A DNA stretch of 32,000 nt, taken from NCBI GenBank assembly GCA_965234525.1, contig OZ248515.1:1124032-1156031 (forward strand). Reading direction: 5' to 3'. The notes under the pieces are model-generated. The model was not told where the DNA came from. It did not search any database and saw only the letters and a list, made by a program, of their open reading frames with translations. Shown here piece after piece: positions 19,110 through 27,493 of the stretch. This stretch comes from Caulobacteraceae bacterium (GTDB lineage: Bacteria; Pseudomonadota; Alphaproteobacteria; Caulobacterales; Aquidulcibacteraceae). Position numbers and translations under genes: made by a program. Position 1 is the stretch's first letter. Each line of letters starts with the position of its first letter.

Positions 19110-19915
19110 CGCCATTCGTCGCGGCCGCCCTTTCGCTGCCGCGTCAGATTCATGTGATATTGAAAGCGTTCGGGGCGATAAAAGCCCTGAACGACTTCGA
19201 TTGGCGCGGACTCAGAATCCTTCATCACGCGCACGATTTTGAGCAGCGGCGATCCGGTTACGATCTTTAGAGCTTGCGCGGTTGCCGGCTCTGCACTGCA
19301 AGCCGTGATCCATTGTTCCGCTGAAACGGCCACAAAGCCCGCCCGCTCCAGCAAGTCCAACATCGGTGTGTGACCAAGTGAATTAGGGTCAAAGGTCGCA
19401 GCAATATCGATCGGCAAGTGGGTAACAATGTAAGAGAAGGGCTCTCCTTCCAGTTTACGGACGCGCTCTGCCCGCTGTACAGGAACACCACTGGGCAGGC
19501 CCAGCAATTCTGCGATCTCAGCGGTCGCCGCTACTTGCGCAACATTGATCAGCTCAACCTCTGTTGAAAGGCCCATCACTTTGAGCGCCTCCATCAGATT
19601 ATCAAAACTGCCCTTCACCACCGGCACGGTCGCATTATAAGTGACCACAGTCCCGCGGCCACGATGACGCGACACCATGCCAGCAGAAGCCAATTCGTTG
19701 AGCGCACGCTTTACCGTGATGCGGGAAACATTAAAGACATGCGTCAGATCTTGTTCGCCCGGCAGGACGGCTCCCAATGGAAACGCTCCTGAGCGTATGC
19801 GTTCACGTAAAACCAAGAACAACTGGTGATACAAAGGCGTTGGCAGCCTTGGATCCACCATGGTGGCCTTTAACTCTGAACTTGGTTTATGGGATGTAGG
19901 CAAGGTTGCGTCCAT
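19106..19915 (-). CDS. GntR-family transcriptional regulator, HutC subfamily (wHTH plus UTRA effector domain)
   Basis: N-terminal motif YHQLFLVLRERIRSGAFPLGAVLPGEQDLTHVFNVSRITVKRALNELASAGMV..RHRGRGTVV, followed by a ~170-aa UTRA-like C-terminal domain. Confidence 0.85.
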   Translation of the reverse strand: MDATLPTSHKPSSELKATMVDPRLPTPLYHQLFLVLRERIRSGAFPLGAVLPGEQDLTHVFNVSRITVKRALNELASAGMVSRHRGRGTVVTYNATVPVVKGSFDNLMEALKVMGLSTEVELINVAQVAATAEIAELLGLPSGVPVQRAERVRKLEGEPFSYIVTHLPIDIAATFDPNSLGHTPMLDLLERAGFVAVSAEQWITACSAEPATAQALKIVTGSPLLKIVRVMKDSESAPIEVVQGFYRPERFQYHMNLTRQRKGGRDEWR

Positions 19916-19986
19916 ACAGAAAAATTAGTGTGCCAATCGAAGACTAAAGAGCCTCACTCCGACAGTCTATCGAAGTAAACTTAATC

Positions 19987-20364
19987 TCAACCACCGTTGG
20001 CACGCTCTCGAACAGAGTCAAGACTTCCCCAAATCTTGCCTCCTGGATAAAGCCCAATAGACATGGTCATGTCGTGTACTTCCACCGAAGCAAACATATC
20101 GCAAGTAAAGTAGGGATCGCCGCGCATAATGGCCCAAGCCGCCTCTACATCGTCGGCACACACAATCAAGCAAGACCCGTGAATTTTCGAACTACCCGGT
20201 TCTTTTAGAGGCCCAGCTGTTACGTAAGATGTCCAATGGGCTTCGACATGGGCGAGATGACCTTCCAAATGTTCCAGCCTCTTTTCAGGAGCGCTTGGAC
20301 CGTCTTTGCACACAAATAGGAACGTCGGTTGACTTTGACGGGGTATCGTTGGTGGATTGGACAT
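19987..20364 (-). CDS. YciI-family protein
   Basis: ~125 aa with a His-rich motif (RLEHLEGHLAHVEAH) and a DPY motif (MRGDPYF) characteristic of the YciI/DGPF fold. A GGGAG RBS lies 6-7 nt upstream of ATG 20364. Confidence 0.7.
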   Translation of the reverse strand: MSNPPTIPRQSQPTFLFVCKDGPSAPEKRLEHLEGHLAHVEAHWTSYVTAGPLKEPGSSKIHGSCLIVCADDVEAAWAIMRGDPYFTCDMFASVEVHDMTMSIGLYPGGKIWGSLDSVRERANGG

Positions 20365-20482
20365 ATGGGACTCCCTGATCCTTGGTTTATCCACTCTAGG
20401 GGTGAGTCATTGCCTTGCCAATGTTGAAACGTTATTTGATATAAAGATAGATCATTTCTCGAAGTTGGATGCACGGCCCAGC

Positions 20483-21799
20483 ATGGCAGAAGCCACCAAA
20501 CCTCAAAAGGTGTTTTCGGGCCAAACCTTAGCCCAAAAGCTACTGGCGCGGGCATCAGGTCGCGACGATGTGGCCCCAGGTGATATCGTCATCGTCAACG
20601 TCGACCTTGCTATGGCCCATGATTCAAGCGGACCCCGGCGGTGGAAGCCACACCTAGACGCCCTTGGCGCAACCTTGTGGGATCCTTCCCGCGTGGTGAT
20701 TGTGTCAGACCATTATGTGCCTGCGGTCGATGCGGAGAGTGCGGCGATTCTGAAGCTGACGCGCACGTTTGCCAAGGAGCAGAATGTTGGTCATTTCTTT
20801 GATATGGAAGGGATTTGCCACGCCCTTCTTCCACAGAAGGGCCTTTTGAGACCGGGCATTTTTGTCGCCGGTGGCGACAGTCACACCCCCCATGCCGGTG
20901 CCTTTGGATGCTATGCCGCAGGCTTCGGCGCTACCGACATGCTGGGCATTGTGGTTACCGGAAAAACCTGGACAATCGTTCCTGAAACAATTCGAGTTGA
21001 ATTAACGGGCAGCTTTAAGCACCATGTTTCGGCTAAAGACGTCATGTTGCTTCTCTGTCGCGAGCTTGGAATGGATAATGCGTTCAAGGCCATCGAATAT
21101 GGTGGTCCAGGTGTGGCTGGGATGTCGATGGAAGAACGCATGGTTTTGTCCAATATGGCCGCAGAACTCGGTGGCGAAGTTGGTCTGATCGCGGCGGACA
21201 GTGTGACGCTAGATCATATTCGCGCCCATGGCGGAGAAACGTCGGAAGGTGATTTGGCCTGGCAACCCGATCCAGATGCAAATTACGAGCGGATTGTTAC
21301 GATCAACCTTAGCGATCTTGAGCCGCAAATTGCCGCACCCCATTCACCCGCCAACAGCTTTCCGATTAGCCACGCGGCCGGCGTGCCAATCGATCAGGCC
21401 TATATCGGTGCTTGTGTTGGCGCAAAGTTAGAAGATTTGCACATGGCAGCCCAAATCCTAAAGGGCCAGCGCATTGCCGAAGGTGTGCGCCTTTTGGTTG
21501 CGCCAGCAAGTTCGCAAGTCACAGCCGATGCGGCTGCCGACGGGACCTTGTCGATCTTACTGGCTGCTGGGGCGACTCTCTTGCCATCGGGTTGTGGCGC
21601 GTGCGCAGGTATGGGGGCAGGCTTATTGGCAGCAGGTGAAACGTGCATCTCCACGACCAATCGCAATTTCAAAGGCCGGATGGGACATTCGGAGGCCTTG
21701 GTCTTTTTAGGGTCACCCTACACGGTTGCGGCCAGCGCAATCGCTGGCTGCGTTAGTGATCCCCGCTTGCATGCGGCGGATCTAGCGGGGGCGGCATGA
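20483..21799 (+). CDS. Aconitase-superfamily hydro-lyase large subunit (LeuC/HacA type-2-like)
   Basis: GGDSHTP motif and three Fe-S ligand cysteines in the expected contexts (IGACVG; GCGACAGMG), followed by TTNRNFKGRMG. The start is taken as ATG 20483 (MAEATKP...). The ORF-track start at 20357 would overlap the divergent yciI start. Confidence 0.85.
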   Translation: MAEATKPQKVFSGQTLAQKLLARASGRDDVAPGDIVIVNVDLAMAHDSSGPRRWKPHLDALGATLWDPSRVVIVSDHYVPAVDAESAAILKLTRTFAKEQNVGHFFDMEGICHALLPQKGLLRPGIFVAGGDSHTPHAGAFGCYAAGFGATDMLGIVVTGKTWTIVPETIRVELTGSFKHHVSAKDVMLLLCRELGMDNAFKAIEYGGPGVAGMSMEERMVLSNMAAELGGEVGLIAADSVTLDHIRAHGGETSEGDLAWQPDPDANYERIVTINLSDLEPQIAAPHSPANSFPISHAAGVPIDQAYIGACVGAKLEDLHMAAQILKGQRIAEGVRLLVAPASSQVTADAAADGTLSILLAAGATLLPSGCGACAGMGAGLLAAGETCISTTNRNFKGRMGHSEALVFLGSPYTVAASAIAGCVSDPRLHAADLAGAA

Positions 21800-22305
21800 C
21801 GGGAACAGCTCAGATTGGCCGCGCCTTCGTTTTTGGCGACAATATCGATACTGACCTTCTGGCACCAGGTCATCTTATGAAGCTGTCGGCGGAGGATTTG
21901 GCACAGCACTGCCTTGAAGCCATCGCGCCGGATTTCGCGAAGTCTGTTCAACTCGGTGATTTTGTTGTGGCCGGCAAGAATTTCGGCTTAGGCTCCTCAC
22001 GCGAGCAAGCCGCTGTAAGTCTGCGACTATTGGGAGTTGGCGGCGTAATTGCACCCAGCTTTGCGCGAATTTTCTACCGAAATGCCCTAAACTTGGGCCT
22101 TCCGGCTTTGTTCTGTGAGCGTGCCGATCAGATTGTCCAGGGTGACCTGTTGATGGTCGACCCGGTCTTGGGCAAGATCACGAATAAGACGCGTGGTGAG
22201 ACTTTAGTGTGTAAGCCTATACCAGACCATTTAATGGCCATGGTTCGGGCCGGGGGCCTGATCGCAAACCTAAAGACAAACGCGGCACATAGGGATCGAG
22301 CATGA
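21796..22305 (+). CDS. Aconitase-superfamily hydro-lyase small subunit (LeuD type-2-like)
   Basis: 169 aa with GDNIDTDLLAPG, GKNFGLGSSREQA and YRNALNLGLP. Its start overlaps the large-subunit stop (ATGA). Confidence 0.85.
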   Translation: MTGTAQIGRAFVFGDNIDTDLLAPGHLMKLSAEDLAQHCLEAIAPDFAKSVQLGDFVVAGKNFGLGSSREQAAVSLRLLGVGGVIAPSFARIFYRNALNLGLPALFCERADQIVQGDLLMVDPVLGKITNKTRGETLVCKPIPDHLMAMVRAGGLIANLKTNAAHRDRA

Positions 22306-23186
22306 CACAGTTTTCTCTGCACGAGCGGCTCGGCCAAAAAAAAGCCCTGTTGGCACCTGGGGCCTATGATGCGTTGAGTGCACTTTTGGTCGAACAAGCA
22401 GGCTTTGAAGCCATTTATATGTCCGGCGCATCGATCTCGTACACGCAATTGGGTCGGCCCGACATTGGATTGGTATCGTCCACGCAAGTCGCAGACATTA
22501 TTGGGCGCGTGCGGGACCGTGTGAAAATTCCCCTTATCGTGGATGCGGATACTGGGTTTGGCAACGCCTTGAACGTTCAGCACACCATACGTTTATTCGA
22601 ACGGATGGGTGCCAATGCTTTGCAATTGGAAGATCAAACGGCACCCAAGCGCTGTGGTCATTTGGCTGGAAAGGAATTGGTTTCAACCAGCGAAATGGTC
22701 GGGAAAATCAAGGCCGCGGTGGATGCCCGCTCGACCGAACAAACCCTGATCATCGCCCGCACGGATGCCATCGCTGTGGAAGGGTTCGAGCCTGCGCTAG
22801 AGCGGGCAGAACACTATCGACAGGCCGGAGCGGACATCCTTTTTGTTGAAGCGCCGCAGGCGATTGATCAAATGCAGGCCATTTGCCAAGCGTTCCCAGA
22901 TACGCCACTTTTGGCCAATATGGTTGAAGGGGGAAGAACACCGCTTCTTACCGCGGATCAATTATCCGACATGGGGTATCGCTTGGTGATTGCGCCAGGC
23001 TCTATGGTGCGAGTCCACGCCTTTATCGCACAGCAGTTTCTCCAATCCTTGAAAGCCAATGGCACAACCGCTCTATTCCGTGATCGGATGTTGGACTTCA
23101 AACAAATCAACGAATTACTAGGATTGCCGGACTTAATGGATCAGGGCGCGCATTATGAAATGCGCGGGCAAGAAGCGGCGGAATAA
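22302..23186 (+). CDS. Isocitrate lyase/PEP mutase-superfamily C-C lyase (2-methylisocitrate lyase / 2,3-dimethylmalate lyase-like)
   Basis: 294 aa with the metal-binding segment IVDADTGFG and the gating-loop motif EDQTAPKRCGH (K-R-C-G-H with catalytic Cys) typical of the lyase branch. It is translationally coupled to the small subunit (ATGA). Confidence 0.85.
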   Translation: MTQFSLHERLGQKKALLAPGAYDALSALLVEQAGFEAIYMSGASISYTQLGRPDIGLVSSTQVADIIGRVRDRVKIPLIVDADTGFGNALNVQHTIRLFERMGANALQLEDQTAPKRCGHLAGKELVSTSEMVGKIKAAVDARSTEQTLIIARTDAIAVEGFEPALERAEHYRQAGADILFVEAPQAIDQMQAICQAFPDTPLLANMVEGGRTPLLTADQLSDMGYRLVIAPGSMVRVHAFIAQQFLQSLKANGTTALFRDRMLDFKQINELLGLPDLMDQGAHYEMRGQEAAE

Positions 23187-23255
23187 AACCCAGATCTGTA
23201 AGGCTTTCTTCACTGCGCTTCATTACACTTTTGTCTCTATGTTGCCAGATTCTGG

Positions 23256-24083
23256 GTGCATGTGGATTGCATGGTGATTAAGCGCGGCCACGTCAGTGAA
23301 AAGCATCTGGGAACAGATGTCTGGGCTCAACCGTGGTTGAGTCGGCTTTCCTGCGTCTTCATAGCCTTTGGATTGTTGCTTGGCGGAATGGCAACCGCGC
23401 AAACGCAAAAGCGCGCCAGCGACCTTACCCTGAATGATATGTTCACCAGCCCCAATGCCGCGGCCTCGCAGGCGGTCTCCTTCAGTGCCGGGCCGAACAA
23501 CATCCGCTTTGTGCTGGACCGTTCCCAGCCACGCGTCGTTTTATTGCGATTTGACGGCGATCCAGAGGTCTGGGCACTGACCTCGCAATGGGGCCCCCGA
23601 GGCGATGAATTTCTACGCAATGATATCGGCGAAGTCATTGTTCGGATCACGACATTAGGCGGCGTGACCATTTATGGCCCGCTCGGGACCAATGGAGGCC
23701 TTGCTGCAAGCGAAGGCAAAGCTAAAACCCTATCAGCACCTGCGCGAAGCGAAGCTACCTTACAGGCGACCCTAGAAAAGGCACTGCGATGGTTTGATAA
23801 ATTTTCTAACCGTAGCATTCGGGTGGAAGCAGCCGGTGCTTTGCCTCCTGCTTTAGTCTACGAGGCCCTTGAGCGCGCCGCACAAGGCATGTCGCGCGCG
23901 CCTCGTGGCTATTTTGGTCGTCCCGAGCGCCGTGTTAAACTTATTCGTGTCCAGCGCAGCTTTGATCGGCCCAGTGTGCGTTGGCAATCGGGCGTTTTGA
24001 CCATTGGTGTTGTGCCTGGTGCTGGCTATGCCGGAAGACCGTCCAGTGCCGCTGTCCTATTGGCGCTTACGAAGAGCAGTTAG
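23256..24083 (+). CDS. Secreted conserved hypothetical protein (possibly a DUF4908-like family; family assignment unverified)
   Basis: 275-aa ORF with a signal-like hydrophobic segment SCVFIAFGLLLGGMATAQT and no recognisable catalytic motif. The start may be GTG 23256 or ATG 23271. Confidence 0.55.
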   Translation: MHVDCMVIKRGHVSEKHLGTDVWAQPWLSRLSCVFIAFGLLLGGMATAQTQKRASDLTLNDMFTSPNAAASQAVSFSAGPNNIRFVLDRSQPRVVLLRFDGDPEVWALTSQWGPRGDEFLRNDIGEVIVRITTLGGVTIYGPLGTNGGLAASEGKAKTLSAPARSEATLQATLEKALRWFDKFSNRSIRVEAAGALPPALVYEALERAAQGMSRAPRGYFGRPERRVKLIRVQRSFDRPSVRWQSGVLTIGVVPGAGYAGRPSSAAVLLALTKSS

Positions 24084-24198
24084 AGCAGCTTCGCTCATGC
24101 TCTAACGAGGTCTTGGCGCGCAACTTTGATCCATTCGGATCAAAACGCACTTAACTTGCGCGACAGTGTGTCGCGATTGCCGGAACACTGCGTCCGGC
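24079..24198 (+). other. Highly structured intergenic region: four consecutive perfect inverted repeats (candidate 5' leader, sRNA or operator array)
   Basis: GTTAGAGCA-N10-TGCTCTAAC at 24079-24106. TTTGATCC-ATTC-GGATCAAA at 24125-24144. CGCGACA-GTG-TGTCGCG at 24159-24175. GCCGGA-N8-TCCGGC at 24179-24198. Each pair was checked base by base. Confidence 0.5.
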
Positions 24199-24211
24199 AT
24201 ATATCAGGTCC

Positions 24212-24418
24212 ATGACCTTAGAACCCCTTAATATTGCAATTTTCGTCGCCATGGCCGCGGTCTTAACTGTCCTCGTTGCAGGTATCGCAAATTTGGCCAT
24301 CACGGGCGACAAGGCACGGTCGCGATCTAACCAGTTGATGCGTTTGCGGGTTCTGGTCCAGTTTATTGCGGTTATCCTGTTGATGATTGGCTTTTGGCTT
24401 AAAACGCGCGCGGGATGA
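24212..24418 (+). CDS. HIG1-domain 'twin transmembrane helix' small protein
   Basis: 68 aa with two TM helices separated by the conserved loop SRSNQLMRLRVLVQ (R-x-R-x3-Q motif of the HIG_1_N family). Confidence 0.75.
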   Translation: MTLEPLNIAIFVAMAAVLTVLVAGIANLAITGDKARSRSNQLMRLRVLVQFIAVILLMIGFWLKTRAG

Positions 24419-25083
24419 CGAAGAGAAGCTTTGCAAACAAAATTGCCTTAGTTACCGGCGGTGGGGGGCAGTTTGGCCGCGTGATGTGCCAAGCCCTCGC
24501 CAAACGTGGATGCAAGTTGATCGTGGGAGATTGTGATCTTACCGCCGCGCGCGATACTGCAGCCAAGACAGAAGGCTTAGCTTTGGGCTTAGATGTTACG
24601 GATGCAGCCATGTGGACCAACGCGGCATCCTCCGCAAGGGATCTTTTTGGCCCACTCGACTATGTGTTCCACTGCGCCCAGCACCGCGCTGAGGGCACCG
24701 ATGCCGAAAGTATGGCACGATTATGGGCGACCCAAGTCTCGTCTTTAGAAATCGCTTATCGGAATTGCCGGTCCGATCTAGGATCAACAGGCGGAGTGCA
24801 TGTTATCTTCGTATCAGGGGCGGCTTGGCAGCCAGATCCGGCCCGACCTCTCTGGTCGGCTGCAGAGGCTGCCAAACGGCAGTGGCATAAGGCCCATCAG
24901 CTTGGATCGCGCTCAGGGCAAAGCGCGCTGATTGCCTATGACGTTCCCCCCCGGGCCTCACGCAAGACCGCGGATGATGAGATTGCCGCTGCGACACTTT
25001 GGGCTTTATCTCGCGACGAGAAGCAGGCGTTTGTTCCTGGCGGCTTTGGAGTCGCCGGCTTTTGCCGGAAATCAGCTCAATAA
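24415..25083 (+). CDS. Atypical short-chain dehydrogenase/reductase-like protein (Rossmann motif retained, catalytic Tyr/Lys not conserved)
   Basis: TGGGGQFG dinucleotide-binding motif. In the active-site segment VSGAAWQPDPARPLWSAAEAAK, Trp147 and Glu151 occupy the positions of the SDR Y-x3-K. The start overlaps the HIG1 gene's stop (ATGA, 24415-24418). Confidence 0.7.
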   Translation: MTKRSFANKIALVTGGGGQFGRVMCQALAKRGCKLIVGDCDLTAARDTAAKTEGLALGLDVTDAAMWTNAASSARDLFGPLDYVFHCAQHRAEGTDAESMARLWATQVSSLEIAYRNCRSDLGSTGGVHVIFVSGAAWQPDPARPLWSAAEAAKRQWHKAHQLGSRSGQSALIAYDVPPRASRKTADDEIAAATLWALSRDEKQAFVPGGFGVAGFCRKSAQ

Positions 25084-25093
25084 AGGCTGAGCC

Positions 25094-25531
25094 TTACGCT
25101 GGCATGCCTTCGCAGCGCAGATATTTTTCGGGCATTGCACCATCCCAGGAGATACTGGCGGTATCGTCACCGGTTTGTTCAATTATCAAGCTGAATGTAA
25201 CGCCAACGCCATTTTTGCCTTTAACCTCGTAGCCTTTTTCAATTGGCTCTACAGTCAAAACCTTATGTCGCTCGATCCCCGACGGCCGAATGCTGTCCAG
25301 CCAATAGCCCGTCTCTTCGTCCATCAGGACATAGCCTTGGTTCATCCGCTGTGGATTACAAGCAAGTGGTCCGGGATCACCGGGCTGGCCCAAGAAGGCA
25401 GCATTGGTATCCTTACCGGCAAATAAAAATTCACGGTCATCCGCCGAAATTTTGCCAAGCGGATCAGCTGGTGCGCAGGCTATTGCGAACACGCCCGCCG
25501 CCAGAACACTTAGAATCAGAGTATAGCGCAT
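25094..25531 (-). CDS. Small secreted protein or lipoprotein, function unknown
   Basis: Signal peptide MRYTLILSVLAAGVFAIAC with a possible lipobox Cys. ATG 25531 is preferred over TTG 25537. Confidence 0.55.
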   Translation of the reverse strand: MRYTLILSVLAAGVFAIACAPADPLGKISADDREFLFAGKDTNAAFLGQPGDPGPLACNPQRMNQGYVLMDEETGYWLDSIRPSGIERHKVLTVEPIEKGYEVKGKNGVGVTFSLIIEQTGDDTASISWDGAMPEKYLRCEGMPA

Positions 25532-25603
25532 CGCCAAAACCCCTTTGAGAACGCGGCTGGCACGATCCAGCTGCGTCCAAAGTCGATCACACAGCGGTTA
25601 ATC

Positions 25604-26899
25604 TTATGTGTTCATACTCTGGAAAAAGTCATCATTATTTTTAGTTTGTTTGAGCTTATCGAGCAAGAATTCCATCGCATCCATGGTGCCCATGGGGTTT
25701 AGGATCCGCCGCAGCATGTACATTTTGGGCAGATGCTCTTTGGGCACCAATAGCTCTTCTTTGCGGGTACCCGATTTAATGATGTCGATGGCTGGGAAGA
25801 CACGCTTATCTGAGACCTTACGGTCCAGAATGATTTCAGAGTTACCCGTGCCTTTGAACTCTTCGAAGATGACTTCATCCATGCGCGAGCCGGTTTCAAT
25901 CAGAGCGGTCGCGATAATCGTCAAAGAGCCGCCCTCTTCCAGATTACGGGCGGCACCAAAGAAGCGCTTGGGACGTTGCAACGCGTTAGCATCCACACCA
26001 CCGGTTAGAACCTTACCAGAAGAAGGCACAACGGTATTGTATGCGCGGCCCAGACGTGTGATCGAATCGAGCAGGATGACAACATCGCGACCATGTTCGG
26101 CCAAGCGCTTTGCCTTTTCGATAACCATTTCAGCCACTTGCACGTGGCGCGTGGCTGGCTCGTCGAAGGTTGACGATACCACTTCGCCCTTTACCGATCG
26201 CTTCATGTCGGTGACTTCTTCAGGGCGTTCGTCGATCAACAATACGATCAGATAGACTTCTGGGTGATTGATCTCGATCGATTTGGCGACGTTTTGTAGA
26301 ATAACCGTTTTACCGGTGCGTGGCGGTGCCACGATCAAGGCCCGTTGGCCTTTACCGATTGGTGCCACGATATCAATCACGCGCCCGGTGCGATCTTTTC
26401 GCGTTGGATCTTGGATTTCAAGATGCAAGCGCTCATCGGGGTAGAGCGGGGTCAAGTTATCGAAATTGACCTTATGGCGGGCTTGCTCAGGATCGGTAAA
26501 GTTGATTGTGTCAACTTTCGATAAAGCGAAATAGCGCTCGCCATCTTTTGGCGCTTTTACTGGCCCTTCGACGGTGTCGCCTGTACGTAGGCCGTGACGA
26601 CGAATTTGCTGCGGTGAGACATAAATGTCGTCTGGTCCAGGCAGATAGTTCGATTCAGGTGAGCGCAGGAAGCCAAAACCATCTGGCAATACTTCTAACA
26701 CGCCGCCGCCGCCGATTTCGGAGCCGCGCTCTGCTTGTGCCTTCAAAATAGCAAACAAAAGATCTTGGGTGCGCAGATTGGAAGCGCCGTCAATTTCTAG
26801 GGATTCCGCCAGGACCACCAATTCTGTAGGGGTACGGGTCTTTAATTCTTGTAGCGTGGACCGGCGTGGTGGCGCGTCGATCGACAATTCCTCTGACAT
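25604..26899 (-). CDS. rho: Transcription termination factor Rho
   Basis: 431 aa with an N-terminal Rho_N/CSD RNA-binding domain ([14 protein letters not shown]), Walker A PPRTGKT and the C-terminal part of the RecA-type ATPase domain. Confidence 0.97.
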   Translation of the reverse strand: MSEELSIDAPPRRSTLQELKTRTPTELVVLAESLEIDGASNLRTQDLLFAILKAQAERGSEIGGGGVLEVLPDGFGFLRSPESNYLPGPDDIYVSPQQIRRHGLRTGDTVEGPVKAPKDGERYFALSKVDTINFTDPEQARHKVNFDNLTPLYPDERLHLEIQDPTRKDRTGRVIDIVAPIGKGQRALIVAPPRTGKTVILQNVAKSIEINHPEVYLIVLLIDERPEEVTDMKRSVKGEVVSSTFDEPATRHVQVAEMVIEKAKRLAEHGRDVVILLDSITRLGRAYNTVVPSSGKVLTGGVDANALQRPKRFFGAARNLEEGGSLTIIATALIETGSRMDEVIFEEFKGTGNSEIILDRKVSDKRVFPAIDIIKSGTRKEELLVPKEHLPKMYMLRRILNPMGTMDAMEFLLDKLKQTKNNDDFFQSMNT

Positions 26900-27037
26900 G
26901 TCAGGGCCTCAAAATATCTTTGGTGAAAGCCGTCTTTGCAAGGACTGCAGCGGCTATAAGGAGGTGCCAAACCGAGTGAAGGCTTTGGCAACGAGCGATC
27001 ACATGACGATTAACGCTGGCGCGGTCAAGGTGTGTTG

Positions 27038-27493
27038 TCAAGAAAAAGGCTCTAAGACAACCATAAACACAGCGACAATCATCAAAACAAACGGCAATTC
27101 GTTTAGAAAGCGGAAGGCCACGTGGTTCAACGGACGCTCACCCCGCTCAAACGCTTTGCGCCAGCGCAGATAGAGATGATCTACCGCCGTAATAAGGATG
27201 ACCATGGCCAATTTAATCTGCATCCAAGGCTGGGCCAGTAAATCCAAACCACCTCGTCCGAGCAGCAAACTTAGGCCTAAGATCCACACCACAATCATGG
27301 CAGGGACCATAATGCCGCGATGTAGACGCCGCTCCATGATGATCAATTGTTGGTCCAGCTCACCCCCAAGGGGAGCCAAAGAATGATAGACAAACAAGCG
27401 TGGCAGATACATCAGACCAGCCATCCATGCGATCACCGCAATTAAATGAAGGGCTCTAAAGACTTCATAATGGCTGGCGATCCACCCACTCAT
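27038..27493 (-). CDS. hemJ: Protoporphyrinogen IX oxidase HemJ (UPF0093/CopD-like membrane protein)
   Basis: The segment FRALHLIAVIAWMAGLMYLPRLFVYH is characteristic of HemJ, and the protein has 4-5 TM helices. ATG 27493 overlaps the hemH stop (ATGA). The ORF-track start at 27535 would overlap hemH by 46 nt. Confidence 0.8.
   Translation of the reverse strand: MSGWIASHYEVFRALHLIAVIAWMAGLMYLPRLFVYHSLAPLGGELDQQLIIMERRLHRGIMVPAMIVVWILGLSLLLGRGGLDLLAQPWMQIKLAMVILITAVDHLYLRWRKAFERGERPLNHVAFRFLNELPFVLMIVAVFMVVLEPFS

Noticed and set aside
20357-20482. N-terminal 42-codon extension of the LeuC-like ORF (MDIWDSLILG...), which would overlap the divergent yciI start.
   Set aside because: The extension runs through the AT-rich divergent promoter region and has no similarity to LeuC N-termini. 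The conserved protein begins near MAEATKP at 20483.
23598-23606. RGD tripeptide (GPRGDEF) in the secreted hypothetical protein, which could be read as an integrin-binding adhesion motif.
   Set aside because: A three-residue motif is expected by chance in Arg/Gly/Asp-rich proteins. There is no supporting host-association context.
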